A stretch of DNA of 64,000 bases, taken from Azolla caroliniana (lineage: Eukaryota; Plantae; Polypodiophyta). The notes under the pieces were generated by a model that worked only from the letters and a program-made list of their open reading frames with translations, was not told the origin of the DNA and did not search any database. Both the position numbers and the translations under genes were made by a program. Each line of letters starts with the position of its first letter. Positions within the stretch are counted from its first letter, which is position 1. The stretch spans positions 5,208,001 through 5,272,000 of the forward strand of contig JBHGNT010000004.1 in NCBI GenBank assembly GCA_043228905.1, written 5' to 3'. Shown piece after piece: positions 48,808 through 61,360 of the stretch.

Positions 48808-51800
48808 TTACTCTTCGCCTGCCGGCCCTTCCTCGGCCTCGGATCGGTCGTCGCTGCTGTCCAGGAGAATCGGGTCGGGTTCGTCGTCGTGCCGCTTCTT
48901 GAAAGCTTTGATCCTCTTCCCGGCCACGGGTATCGCTATTCTCGTACCGTCGAGTTCCGCCAGATGATACGTCCCGTTGTCGTTGGCGCTCTGTACCGTG
49001 TACGGCCCGAACCATCTCCGTGCGAACTTCCTTGTTGCTCGGTGCTGGTTGTCGAGGCTGCTGTCGTAGACGAGCACCCAGTCACCTTCGTCGATTTTCT
49101 TCGGTCGTAGCCGGTGCGTTCGGTCGAACCGGGCTTTGTTCTTTGTCCTCGCCACCCGGAGCTTCTCCGTAGCCAGTGCCACGTCCTCCGGTCTCCGCTC
49201 GAGCTGTCGTATACGTGCGGCCAACAACTCCTCCCGGCTCATCTCGTCCCTCCAGTCGACCGTTGCCCACGAGGAGATCGTCCGTTCAATCGGCATGATC
49301 GGCTTCTGGCCGAACATGAGCTCCGTCGGCATGTACCCGGTTACCGAACTGTGCGTGGTCCGGTCTGCCCACAAAGCATAAGGTAGCAGCTGCGGCCAGT
49401 TACCGACTCGGCCTCCGCATGCCCGAATCAACGCCTTGACGATCGGTCCGTGTCCGCGCTCCACCTTTCCATTCGCCTCCGGATTGTACGCAGTGGTGAG
49501 CGAGAGCTTGACTCCAAGCCGGTCGAACAGCTCCGCGGCCTCTTCGGCGTCCAACTCCCCTCGGTCAGCCACGATCTTCCCGACGCACCCGTACCGGCAT
49601 ATCACGTCCTCGACTAGGAACCGACACACGGCCGCGGTCGTCTTGTTCTGAAGGGCTCGGCCTTCCACCTGGTTCGTCAGGTCTTCCCGCGCTAGGACCA
49701 GATACCGCATCTGTCCTACCCCCATCGGCATCGTCACCAGATCTACCATCCATTTGAAGTGGATAGTCGGAGGGTACGTAGGGTGAAGCCCGTCCCGGTG
49801 TCGGACTATCGAGTGCATCTGACAACTCTCGCAAGTTGACACGAACCGATGCACGTCCCGGTACAATCCCGGCCACCAGTACTTCCCCTTCAGCTTCTCA
49901 AACGTCGCCCATGTTCCACGGTGTCCAGCCCAAGGGCTGTCGTGGTAGGCCGCCAGTAGCTCCTCCTGTACTTCCTTCATCGCCACCACCCGGAGCGGGA
50001 CGCCGTCCCTCTTCTTCGGGTGCTTCCATAGATGCCCATCTCGGAGAAAGAATCGATATGCTTTCTTCCGGATCCGGTTGGCCTCGTCCTTCGTCCATGA
50101 CGCATCGGGCGTCATTGTCTTCAAAAACCCGCCGATCTGCAGCCACTCCCCGTCGTACTTGCTCGCGTCGAACTCGTTAAGCGCCGGAGTGCTCATCCCG
50201 TCGGTCGTTATGTATGCCGCCTCGAAGAAATCCACGCCGACTTCTTCGTCTTCCGAAACCATGCCGCCCTCGTCGTCGAACCTCGCCCTCGAAAGCATGT
50301 CGGCCATGGCGTTGTCTTTCCCGGAAAGGTGTCGTATTTCCGGGTCCAGGGACTTGATGTACGCTATCCACCTGAGCATCGCCAGGTCCGGAGTCGCGCA
50401 TCCGGAAACCATTCCGAGAATCGGCAGGCAATCCGTCTCGATGATCACTTCTGTCCCTATCAGGTAGTCTTTGTCGGCCTTAACCGCCGAAACAATACCC
50501 CAGAGTTCGCGTTTAACCTGGGCGTATCCTCGCTGCCGTTCACTGAGGACTTTCGCGCCGAATCGGATCGGAAACCGATTGCCGTCCTCGTCTTCCTGGT
50601 TCACGACCCATCCGATCCCGGTCGGACTGGTATCCACCGTTATGAATACCGGGGTACCCTTCCCGTATACCGCCTTCCGGAGTGCCGGTGCCGCTGCAAG
50701 GGCCTCTTTCAGCTTCCGGACCGATTCCGCGTGCTCGTCTAGCCATTCGAACCTTCGTCCCTTTTTCAGCAACCCGTACAGTGGCTCCGCGACGTGTGCG
50801 TAATGCGGGATCCACATGTGGTAGAACGCGCATGCCCCCAGGAATCTCCGTACTTCCGTGACCGAGCTGCAGTCGGGCTTCATCGCGGAGATGGCTTCTA
50901 CCTTTGCCGGAGACGGTTTCCGGCCATATGGTCCGCACAGGTGTCCGACCACCATGATTTCTGACTGCCCGAAGGCCGACTTCTCCCCGGAGAAGGTGAG
51001 TCTCGCATCCTCTAGCCTTTGCAGCACCTTCTCGCAGTCGTCGATGTGCGTCGCCACGAATCGCCGGCATCCGTCCGGCCCGATCGTCTCGTCCTTTTCT
51101 TCCACCGGGCATCCCTTGATCGGGATGTCGTCCAGAAACGGCATGGTGATGTCCGGGATACAGTCCCTCAGAACCTTGTTCATCGCATTCACCATGTGGG
51201 CCACCGAGTTGGTCCCTCCTTGCGGCAGTGTACACATCCGAACTAGGCCGAGGGGAGTTCGCATCGTCGTAATGTCTCTGCTCTCCACGGCTAGCTGGAA
51301 CTGGTCGTACCCTGAGTATAGATCCCCGACCGAGTAAATTGACCTTCCGGCGAAGGCCTCCGCGAACTCGTCTATGGTCGGTCCGATCCCTGCGTTCCGA
51401 ATGGTCACTCGATTGACCGGCTGCAGGTCCTGGATGAAGCGCAGCGAACCGTTTTTCTTCGGTACGGTAAACCATCGATTCGAATATGGGGCGCTCGACG
51501 GCTCGAGAATTCCCATATCAACTTTCTGCCTCAGCAGCTCCATCAACTTCGGGATGTGAGCTCTCGGAACCGGGATTGGCTTGAGATTCCATGGTACATG
51601 CGGTACCGTGAATATCACCATCGGCTCCACGATCGTCGGGTCAACGCACCCGATTTCCTCCGGCGAGAATGCGAAGGCTTTCCCGTGCCTTCCGAGCATT
51701 CTCCGAAACCGGTCTTCCTCCGCCGGCAGTAGGAACCCGCCCCCACCGATTTTGAGCTCTCGGAGCGTCTCGTCAGTGAAGGTGTGCCCTATGCAGGCCG

Positions 51801-52305
51801 GATCTCGTAGACTAGGGTCCGATGCAACCCCTTTGATTCTCGACGCGCTGTCCTCCGGTAAGGGTGCCGCTACTGGCCTTACCTTCCGGTCCACAGTCTT
51901 GTACTTGGTGTTTACGTGGGCCGTCCGAACTGACTCGAGCCCTCGACCGAAGTCCGCGATGACTTCGTACATCTCCTCGGAACACACCGGTATCGTCCGG
52001 TCTTCGTTAAGGCCTTCTTCGACTACCTTTCCCAGCATTCCCAAGGTGTCGTCGAATGAGACCGCCTCCACGGCTCCGTTGATTTCCTCGTCCGGGCCGA
52101 GAACTCCGCACGCTCGAAGTCTCGCCTCCGTCTTTGTTTTCTCTCGGCCGGCGATGCCGACCATCGCACACGCTCCGCTGTCGGAGAACAAAAATTCCCT
52201 ACCTATGGTACAAGGTTTCTTCGGTTTTATCGTACAGGTGTGGGGTTTTCCCGGGGTGTCCGGACTGTCGCGGCCCCACGCCTTGGCAGCCCTCTCTAAA
52301 AATCC
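48808..52305 (-). CDS. pol: Pol of gypsy D
   Basis: Matches C pol except GTWATF (D) versus GTSATF (C) in the integrase zinc finger. Confidence 0.93.
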   Translation of the reverse strand, partial: GFLERAAKAWGRDSPDTPGKPHTCTIKPKKPCTIGREFLFSDSGACAMVGIAGREKTKTEARLRACGVLGPDEEINGAVEAVSFDDTLGMLGKVVEEGLNEDRTIPVCSEEMYEVIADFGRGLESVRTAHVNTKYKTVDRKVRPVAAPLPEDSASRIKGVASDPSLRDPACIGHTFTDETLRELKIGGGGFLLPAEEDRFRRMLGRHGKAFAFSPEEIGCVDPTIVEPMVIFTVPHVPWNLKPIPVPRAHIPKLMELLRQKVDMGILEPSSAPYSNRWFTVPKKNGSLRFIQDLQPVNRVTIRNAGIGPTIDEFAEAFAGRSIYSVGDLYSGYDQFQLAVESRDITTMRTPLGLVRMCTLPQGGTNSVAHMVNAMNKVLRDCIPDITMPFLDDIPIKGCPVEEKDETIGPDGCRRFVATHIDDCEKVLQRLEDARLTFSGEKSAFGQSEIMVVGHLCGPYGRKPSPAKVEAISAMKPDCSSVTEVRRFLGACAFYHMWIPHYAHVAEPLYGLLKKGRRFEWLDEHAESVRKLKEALAAAPALRKAVYGKGTPVFITVDTSPTGIGWVVNQEDEDGNRFPIRFGAKVLSERQRGYAQVKRELWGIVSAVKADKDYLIGTEVIIETDCLPILGMVSGCATPDLAMLRWIAYIKSLDPEIRHLSGKDNAMADMLSRARFDDEGGMVSEDEEVGVDFFEAAYITTDGMSTPALNEFDASKYDGEWLQIGGFLKTMTPDASWTKDEANRIRKKAYRFFLRDGHLWKHPKKRDGVPLRVVAMKEVQEELLAAYHDSPWAGHRGTWATFEKLKGKYWWPGLYRDVHRFVSTCESCQMHSIVRHRDGLHPTYPPTIHFKWMVDLVTMPMGVGQMRYLVLAREDLTNQVEGRALQNKTTAAVCRFLVEDVICRYGCVGKIVADRGELDAEEAAELFDRLGVKLSLTTAYNPEANGKVERGHGPIVKALIRACGGRVGNWPQLLPYALWADRTTHSSVTGYMPTELMFGQKPIMPIERTISSWATVDWRDEMSREELLAARIRQLERRPEDVALATEKLRVARTKNKARFDRTHRLRPKKIDEGDWVLVYDSSLDNQHRATRKFARRWFGPYTVQSANDNGTYHLAELDGTRIAIPVAGKRIKAFKKRHDDEPDPILLDSSDDRSEAEEGPAGEE

Positions 52306-54422
52306 TCTCGGTTATCGGAACCGAGGGAGTCGCGGTTACGTTCGTGGTTCGGCCGTACCGTCAGAAACTGGACCGAATGGCGCCCGTCTTGGCTTTTGAC
52401 CCTCGCGTAGGCCGAACCATTGTCCAACACCTTGGTCTCCATCCGCGCCGCCGTGATGTACGGCTCTCCCAGTATGACCGGATGCGAAGACGTCTCCTGC
52501 ACGAAGAAGTGCTGGTCAATCTCGACGTCGCCGATCTTGACTCGCACATTCGGACAGGCCCCGTGCAGTTCCTCGGTGGCGCGCGTTGCTGCCCTTATTT
52601 TCCACCCGTGCTTGGTGTTGATCGGCCATTTGCCCTTCTTATAGAAGTCCATGGACATCAAATTGATCTCCGATCCGTGGTCCACCAAAGCTATCACCGG
52701 TTCCTGGACATCGCCGATCTTCACCGGGGTTTCCGTGGTCGCTCGGGCCCAGTGCGGTCTCGAATAGTGGCTTTCCGCCCACTCGTCTCCCAGCGCCATG
52801 TCGTCTAGGTGCGTCGTCCGCACTTCCACCGGTCTTTCCGGTTCTGTCTCCGTTGACAGCCTCTTCCGTTTCACCAAGTCCACGATGGAGTCGTGGAACT
52901 CCTTCTTGGCGATTCCCAGCACCTCCCGTAGCGACAGCTCCACCTTGCTGTCGAGGATCCGTTCCTCCAGGACCTTTCGTAAGTCCGTGGTTCTTTCTAT
53001 CTCCGTCCCCAGACGGTACCCGCCCTTCTGGGGTTTATCTTGCGTACCGGCCCCGCCGGCTTCGTCCCGTCGTGGCCCGGACCGGGTCTCGTATCGTTGT
53101 GAGGGCCCGGTCGTCCCGGGTTTCCCCACCCGCTTCTCTTCTACCAGAGCCTCGTAGTTCCGGCAAGCGGCTTCCACGAAGCCCGTCTTTTCCTCGACCG
53201 GGTCGCTCCACCCGGTCATCTCCCGTACCCGTTTCTCCGCACGGTCCGATTCCTCCCCTTTAAGCCCTGCACCGGCAAGGCCTTCCAGCATCGTCGGCCA
53301 GAATCCGGCTTTGCTTTCCTTTCGGGCCTCGCCGCCCCCGACTCGAATACCGGCCGACGCCGAGTAGTGGACAGTTTCCGCATGTCGGGCCGCCGCCTCT
53401 TCCATCAACCTCTTCATTCCGCCTCGCCCGTCGTTTCGGTTTAGGGCCCTTCTCGTGTCGTTGGCGTGAACCCGGCCTTCCCATAGGTACACCACCCGGT
53501 TCCTCAGCGCCTCTGCGAAATCGCCGCAGTCTTTTCGGATGTGGCCGACCCCGTCGCACCACATGCACCTGTTCCCTGCCGCCGGCCGTCGGTCACGAGC
53601 AGGTTCTCCGCCTTCTCTGCGGGCTTGTGCGATTTGGAGGTCTTTTATCGCCCTCGTCAGTTCCTCCAACGCAGCTCCTCCAGTCGAGCCTCTGATCACG
53701 CCGGTCGGAGCTGAACCGGATTCCAGCCATTCCCGAGTCTCTTCCCTTCGCACCGGCTGCGCCGGCTCGAGTTTCCTCGCCGCGACTGAGCCCGACCCGG
53801 CTGCTCTGTCATCCTCCCATTCTCGCCGTTTGTCGAAACGGCCGCAGGCTCTCTTGACCGCCGCCCAGTCGGCTGTCAGCCCGTCTTCGGTTTCTAGCAG
53901 GGCGCCCACGTGACTCCGATCCCTCTCGTCAACCGATTTGACGAACAGCAGGACCCGGCTTGTATCCAGGACCATCCTGTCAAGCGCCGAAAGGCGCGCG
54001 AAGTTCTCCTCGAACTCCCGGAGGAGTGCCGACGCATTCCTTCCTTTCCCGGGAGACTCCACCCACTCCATGAAGCTTCGCTTCGAAAGCCGGAGCGCGT
54101 CGTCCAGTCCGTATTTTTCCAGGAGCCGACCTTCGAACTCCTCCCAGGTACGGCTCTCCGCCCGCACCTCGAGCACCTCCGCGTGGATGCTCGGCATCGC
54201 CACTCGGGGAAAACCGGCAAGACGCCTGTCTTCCGGAATGTCCCGCATTAACATTTCCGCACCGTAGGACGCCAGGTACTTCGTGGCATCTTTTCCGGTG
54301 AATCGACCGATCGTTCCGACGACCGCCTCAATAGCTCTATCGAGGGCGCCGGTGCCCTCGCGCGCGCTTACTATCCGATCCACGGCCGAAGCCATGGCCT
54401 CTGCAAGATCCGCCCCCTTCAT
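52296..54422 (-). CDS. gag: Gag-protease of gypsy D (708 aa)
   Basis: Same translation as the C gag-PR ORF. Confidence 0.93.
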   Translation of the reverse strand: MKGADLAEAMASAVDRIVSAREGTGALDRAIEAVVGTIGRFTGKDATKYLASYGAEMLMRDIPEDRRLAGFPRVAMPSIHAEVLEVRAESRTWEEFEGRLLEKYGLDDALRLSKRSFMEWVESPGKGRNASALLREFEENFARLSALDRMVLDTSRVLLFVKSVDERDRSHVGALLETEDGLTADWAAVKRACGRFDKRREWEDDRAAGSGSVAARKLEPAQPVRREETREWLESGSAPTGVIRGSTGGAALEELTRAIKDLQIAQARREGGEPARDRRPAAGNRCMWCDGVGHIRKDCGDFAEALRNRVVYLWEGRVHANDTRRALNRNDGRGGMKRLMEEAAARHAETVHYSASAGIRVGGGEARKESKAGFWPTMLEGLAGAGLKGEESDRAEKRVREMTGWSDPVEEKTGFVEAACRNYEALVEEKRVGKPGTTGPSQRYETRSGPRRDEAGGAGTQDKPQKGGYRLGTEIERTTDLRKVLEERILDSKVELSLREVLGIAKKEFHDSIVDLVKRKRLSTETEPERPVEVRTTHLDDMALGDEWAESHYSRPHWARATTETPVKIGDVQEPVIALVDHGSEINLMSMDFYKKGKWPINTKHGWKIRAATRATEELHGACPNVRVKIGDVEIDQHFFVQETSSHPVILGEPYITAARMETKVLDNGSAYARVKSQDGRHSVQFLTVRPNHERNRDSLGSDNREDF

Positions 54423-57400
54423 TTCCTACTCTTCTGCCGCCTCTTTCACGTCGGGTTCACCAAGATGTCGGGGTTGCTACGCCCTTGCGTGTAGAAAGGA
54501 GGAGGGACCACGGGGGTCTCGAACCGAAGAGCAAGAGAGAGAGGAGTAAGAGAGAGAGACCCGATTACACAGAACCGAAGATCCGATTGCGCAGAACCGA
54601 CGATTGCACAGGGACACGGCCCAACAAACAGAGATCACAAATAGACGCCGACGCAGATGGACGCAACAACGAGAGATATGTGCTTATGAATGCAAGAAAA
54701 TAACAGACTAAAGTATTACAACCCACGGTGGGGCACAAAATAGATACTAACGAAAACGAACAGGGCGGCGAACAGCTGCCGACCCCTGTATGTCGCGACG
54801 CACAGAAAGGGAAAACAGGTCGGAGGTGCTGCAGGACGCACTCGGGGCGTTCCACGGAACAGCGCAAGCCTCCTCGAAACCTGCACAGGTACGCGATGGA
54901 GCAGAAGACAGAGAGAGCAGGAGTGAGAGAGAAGCTCCGAAATCGGTTCGGCAGCACTTCGTCCTCTCCGCGGGAGATACCCCACTTCTATTCTTCCTCT
55001 TCCTTTTATAGCCCGTCAAGAGGCCGTTTGGCATTAACTGCATACCAACCGAATCTACCCACCTAGGATCCTCGTATGTACCTACTTCGTCCTTAGGTAC
55101 TTCTTGGCGCGCGTGTGTGTGTAGAGCCGTTTCCCACGCCTTGTTCCTCCGATTCCTCTTGTGGGCGGTTTTCTTCACGACAACGTGCTCTGCATCCGGA
55201 AATCTCCAGGGGGCTCTTCTCTCTCTGAGAGGGTATCTCTGTCCTTGGTCTTCAATTACCGGTTCCTCCGTTTGTTCTTCATCCGAATCTGATTCAGGGT
55301 CTTGAACAGTTCTGGTGTCCAAACCTTCTTCTTCGGTAGGTCTGGATTCTTGTCCGCCTCAGACCAGTTCTTTGAGTGTCATTCGGCTTCCAGTCAGATG
55401 AGTCCTTTTGTCTTTCGACCAATCTCTGTCGGTCAATCTAGAGTCTGCTATCTTCTTCTCCGCCTCCCAGTCGGCAATAGTCTTGTGTTCCATGAAGACT
55501 ATGTCTCGACTCCGAAACACCTTCTTCTCGACCAAGTCCCACACTCGGTAGGTGAACTCATCATCGCCGTATCCAAGGAATATGCATGGCCGGGACTTCA
55601 GATCCAACTCTCCTCTCTTATCCTTTGCAACATGCACATAAGCGAGACAACTGAATACCTTCAGATGCCGGTAAGACACATCTTTATCGGTCCATACTCT
55701 CTGTGGTGTGTCTCCTTCCAAGGGTGTTGAGGGTGATCTGTTAATCACGTACATCGCCGTCATCAACACCTCAGCCCAAAACGTCTTGGATAACTTTGCA
55801 TGTGCTAGCATGCTTCGGACTCTCTCCATTATGGTCCGGTTCAACCGTTCAGCCAACCCGTTCAATTCTGGCGTCTTCGACACAGTGAATTCGAGTTGGA
55901 TTCCTTTCGACCGGCTGTACTCCTCGAACTGCCCTCGGTATTCGCCTCCGTTATCTGCTCGAACCACCTTTACCTTCCATCTGGTTTCCCTTGCCACTCT
56001 CACATGGAGCTCCTTGAAGACGGATAGCACTTGATCCTTCATCTTCAACAGTGAGACCCACAACTTCCGGCCGTGGTTGTCTATGAACGTCACAAAGTAC
56101 TACGATCCGGCATGTGACTTCGTGTCCACTTGACACACATCGGTATGCACCAACTCCAGTGGTGCATTCCGTCTCATCGATGGTCTTGACCGGAAGGAGG
56201 TTCGGTTTTGCTTGCCGCCCAAGCAATCGGTGCACTTCTCAAGATGCACGTCTTTCACCTCCTGAATGAGGTTATCTTCGGCAAGTCTTTTCATCCCCTT
56301 TTGGCTCATATGATATAGTCTCTTGTGCCACAGCTCACCGACATTGTTAGATGCTACGTTCACTTCTTCTCGGTATACCTAGGCGTGCATCAGGTACAGC
56401 GTGTTGATCTTTTGGGCTCGAGCCACGATCAGGTTTCCTTTGGTGAATTTCATTACTCCATTCCGGATGTTACCCGTCTTGCCTTCATCATCTAGCCGAC
56501 CGGCTGATATCAGGTTCAACCGAACCTTCGGAACATGTCGGACATACTTCAGTAGCAACTTGCACCCGATTGATGTCGTCAACCACACATCTCCTATGCC
56601 GAAAATTTGGCATGACCCTTCATTCCCCATCTGGACACAACCAAGATCTCGGGCTCTATAGGACGAGAAGCATTTCTGGTCCAGTGTCAGGTGGAACGAT
56701 GCTCAAGAATTAGCAACCCAGGTTGTCTCGTTGCTGACAAGGTTTAACTCATTCTCCTTGGTGATGAGGAGCAGTTCTTCTTCACTTGTCGTGATTGCCA
56801 ACATTCCTTTCCAATCCAGACCTCTCCAATCTGAACCATTTCGATCTGAACTCTTCTTCAAATCGGTGGTGTCGACCCCTTTCTCTTTCCAAAAATGCCA
56901 ACAGTTCTTCTGGAAGTGCCCCGGCTTCCCACAGTAGAAGCAAGTAGGCCTCCCTCTTGACTTTGATCTCGTCCCCGATTTGTCCTAGTTTTGGGGACTC
57001 CGATTTCGGCCTCTTCCCCGGTTTCGGCCATACTTTCTTCATTGAATTTTTTGTACATGCTCATGTCGATGAAGCACCGTATGTATGCCATCGTCTTCAT
57101 GTGCATCACCTCCCATGTCGTGGCATCGATCTTGTCCGGTTTCTTGTCCCCGAACTGTACCAGCAGCCAGAGATCTTTGACCACGAGCATGTCCCTCATC
57201 TTCAACTTCCACACTGGGTAGTTGGAGTCGGTGAGCTTGAACATGCTTCGAATGACTCTTCCATTTTCTTGTTAGCTCTTATACCAGTTTGTGCATAATA
57301 GCGCTCAGCCACAACCGAGACTCAAACACTTTATGAGAGAACAAAACAAAAATGGAGGTTCGTACACTTATAGAGAAGAGACAACACAGGATGTTTACGT

Positions 57401-60400
57401 GGAAAACCCTAATAGGGAAAACCACGGGAGCCCACAGACTCCAACTATCACTATATGAGAAAGGAGATACCCCAAGAGATTCAGAGGCAACGACCTCGAG
57501 CTCTGTATCTTCGCAAACCAGCGGCTTCTCTTCTCTCTCTCTCTGTACAACTATGATACAACTAACAACAACAATAACCACACATCTAAAGTGATTGCCC
57601 TAAGTCATATTTATACTTATATGACTTTAAGACTATTTACAAATATAGCCTTTACAAGCACCAGAAACATATTTTCATATATGTCCCTGGATCCGGTTCA
57701 CACCGGATCCATTCGGATACCTTCCGGCGATCCGGCTCCTCTGGATCCCATCCTGATGAACAACGGCTCCTCCTCACTCACAGCGATTGCTAATGACCTG
57801 CTTTTGCTGTCCAGAATCTTCTTCGGCTCAACACCATCAACTCCCCCTTTGTCTCTTTGGTAGTGCTAACAATTCTTCTAGAAGTGCCCCAGCTTCCCAC
57901 AATAGAAGCACATGGGTCTTCCCTTCAACTTTGACCTCGGTCTAGGTCCTTGTTTTGCGGACTTCTTTGCCAGCCCCTTCCTTTGTAGGAGTCACCTTCT
58001 ATGACTAGGGCCTTATGATCGGAGATGGACTCTCTATCCTTCTGGCGAGCTTCTTCATTCAACAAGCTTGACTTCACCATCTCTAGGGACAATTGCTTCC
58101 CTTGTGGTCCTGTGTTTCCGAAGGTCCCCATGAGCGTCTCCCAATTGTTCGAAAGGGATCCCAACAACAACAATGCCAGTACCTCGTCAGCTAGAGGTAC
58201 TTCTAGAGAGGTGGTATGATTTATCAATCCTTGGAAGGTATTCAGGTGCTCAACTATGCTTGAGCTATCCTGATATATCAGTCTCACTATCTTCCTGAAA
58301 ACTGAGACTCTATTTACGGCGTTCTTATTTTCAAACATGACCCCGATCTTCTTCCAAAGGACATCGACATATGTCTCTTCGTTAAAGTTGTTGTATAGAG
58401 TCATGTCTATAAAACACCTTATGTATGTTGTTGCCTTTAGATGCAAGACTTCCCAAGTCGGTGTGTCGATCTTGTCAGCCTTGGTCTTGTCGTATTGCAC
58501 CGGCAACCAACATGTCCCTCATCGTCAACTTCCACGCAGAGTAGTTGGAGCCAGTTAGCTTGAACATTCCGTCGAATGAGTCTTCCATTTTCTTTCACTT
58601 GAAGGTTATGAACCTTCACTCTAATACCAGTTTGTTAGGAAATGGGGCTCAAACACAACCGAATTGCAAGCACACAAAGGGAAAACAGAGTACTAAACAC
58701 AAAGATGATGCAACAACACAATGACACAAGATATTAACATGGAAAACCCTGTAATGGGAAAAACCATGGGAGCCCACAGACTCCGAATTGTTCCACTATA
58801 GGAGGAGAGAATACAAGGAGACTCACAAGCAACAACCTTGAGCTCATCTTCGTCTAACTGACGGTTACACACACACTCACTCTCTTCTCGTCCACATTCA
58901 GATTACAACTCTGTATAGTGATAACTAACTCTACAACAACACAACTAACATGTTAGCCATAACTATATATATTCTTAAACGTTGTAATGGTTATTTACAA
59001 ATATAGCCTCTTATCAACTACAACTGGATCACGAATCCAGATGCTTTCCAGAATCCGGATGCATGTCGGACGTCTTCCCGACCAATCTAGTTCCTCATCT
59101 AGATCCAACAAACCGACACCTCCCATCTGGAGGGACTTGTTTCCCAACAAGAACTAGTGATGGGTATGACTTATGATATTTTTCATCTTGTCTTTAAGTG
59201 GGAACAAGAACTTACTAAACACATGCACACCCCTCGAGATATTGTTGCTTCCACTCCATCTGAGAATGCCAAATCAACCATCATTGGTCCCTATTTTCCC
59301 ATAAACACCAAAGCAATCATGTTTGCTAAAAGACTATCAACCCCATTCTCAACACCAATATTCGATGAGCTTTTGTTGAAGATGAACTCATCTTAGCCAT
59401 GATCAAGCTCTTACTCCTGATTGTGTAAACCCAAAACCTTTGTTCATCATAGCGTCCTCTATCCAAAGGTGGATTCTTCCATTGAATCCATTGTCCCACA
59501 AGTGTGTGATATCATTGATCGTCCAGCAAATGTGAAACAAGCAAAAGACCATCTATAAAATATGAGAAGAAAATATGCTTAATTAGGCTTTAGGACTAGT
59601 TTTAATATGTCAAGGATGATTGTTTAGAAGACTATTAAGGAAAATAAGGTCATGTTCTTTAGTTGTGACAGCCTTATAAGGCTAATGATCATATTGTAAT
59701 TTATGGACAACCATATGTAAGAATCACTAATGGCTAATAGAGTTGTAATGTGGACAAGACTCGTTAGGGTTTCCAAGTTGTATAAAAGAGCATGACTCTC
59801 ATGTAAAAAGGACATTTGGGTGCCATGACTTTGGGGGCTACATTTTCATCTTCATTCTCTCCCGTTTGCATCCAAGAAGAGCCACTTTCTCTCTATAACT
59901 TTTCCACACTAATTAATCAAGATTTTTTTTTACGTAATATTTATCTAATTTGTTGGAATACCTTATATGTTTTAACTCATTATCTATTTAGTTAAGATAA
60001 ATCATATTTTTTAAATAGTGTAATGATTAGATATGTGTTAAATTTATATTAACTTAAGACGCCTTTGAGGGCTTCAAGGGTTGCATGCAACATAGAGGCA
60101 AATGCATTTATGTTGGGAACCCGTAGCATATTACCGACATCTCCAAATCCCTTGGTTACCCACCAAGAGGAAGGTGAATCTTCAAGATTCGATAGCGACC
60201 CTTGGAATTGCACACTCTAAGGTATGAGACAAGTTGGCCCCTTTAAGGAAACTTGATTTAGAGACCCAACAAATAGGACATTAAAGTTGAACAAGGGAGC
60301 AAGCCATCATGTAACATATATAAGACATCCAAATGGCACATTTGTAGTCGAGGGAGAATATTTTGTGCTTGTCAATTTATGGCTAGTTGAGGCGTGATTC

Positions 60401-61360
60401 TATGTTCATCCATGTAAATAGAATTCATTGTTGATATTGTGTTGTTGATTCTTGCTTGCACTCATATTTGGTATTCTCTAGTTGGTGTAAATTGCACAAC
60501 ATAACTAATAGACAAGAGGCAAAAGTGACAATGTTTGAGGTATGAATGTTGCATAGAGTGTTATGCCACTCTCCAGACGAATATTAAGAATAGAAATGTT
60601 TGGCTAGTATACTATCAACTAACCCTCATGTACATAATAATGAATTGGGTATACTAGTTTATACAAGGTATAGAGAGCAAAATAGGCACCAAGACATAGC
60701 TAAAACCCAAACGAAATAATAGAGAATGGCCAAAAATCCCATCGGTTATACATCTAATCTATGGCTAAAGTAACTCATGTTCAATGTATGGCTCAATAAG
60801 CTATCACAATTGGGGGGGGGAGTGTTACAACAATCGGTCAATACAACAAACGGTTGCTATCCATGGGTGCTCTTTCAAGATAGTGCCTAGATGGTGGAAA
60901 GGACATTTTTTGGACATGGAACTTGATGACTAGAGAAGCACATGTTATTTTGTGCATAGCTATAAGATGGATTTGTCTTTAAACACACTTTGATGCTAAC
61001 GCACTAAAAGTTTTAGCATTCTATTGAATCCCATACATATGGAGGCAAACAAATCTATGAGTAAATATCTGTATATGTTTCCTTTCTATCACTACCATCC
61101 ATTACAAAGCACACAAAGGAAACAAATTTCATCGAGGCAATTTCTACCCATGGCTGTATAGATCAAACACATTTTCTTCTTCAAAATGAAAATGAAATAC
61201 TTACATAGAGCATGATCAACAAAAACTGGCACTGAGAGAAAGTTTTCTTGCTTGATTTACAGATCAGGCATTGTTCAGCTCATCGATCAGAGTTGTAAAC
61301 AAAAAACACACCACACCTAACACTAAAAACAGTTCAATACTCTTTGTTTGTGTTGTTTTC

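Larger units (their letters stand above)
48019..55182 (-). mobile_element. Full-length Ty3/gypsy element D (7164 bp), twin of C
   Basis: LTRs at 48019-48735 and 54466-55182 (1 difference seen); TSD ACGT; same tRNA-Trp PBS; both ORFs open. Confidence 0.98.
27750..57751 (-). mobile_element. Ty1/copia element G (Tnt1/Tork-like), degenerate, hosts F and D
   Basis: 3' LTR 27750-28261; truncated 5' LTR 57290-57751; PBS remnant 57275-57286; PPT next to 28262; internal pieces 28262-29082 (RH/RT), 47248-48018 (RT), 55187-57289 (INT, PR, partly deleted gag). Confidence 0.92.
23526..59149 (-). mobile_element. Ty1/copia element H (Tnt1/Tork-like), outermost layer of the nest, mostly deleted
   Basis: 5' LTR 58633-59149; partial 3' LTR 23526-23870 (both start TGTTAGGAAATGGGGCTC); TSD AGAAT/AGAAC; decayed Met-i PBS at 58618-58629; gag remnant 57752-58590. 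Confidence 0.9.

Noticed and set aside
59155-60400. Possible older element hosting H (together with about 22980-23525)
   Set aside because: I could not identify paired LTRs, a PBS, a TSD or protein motifs.
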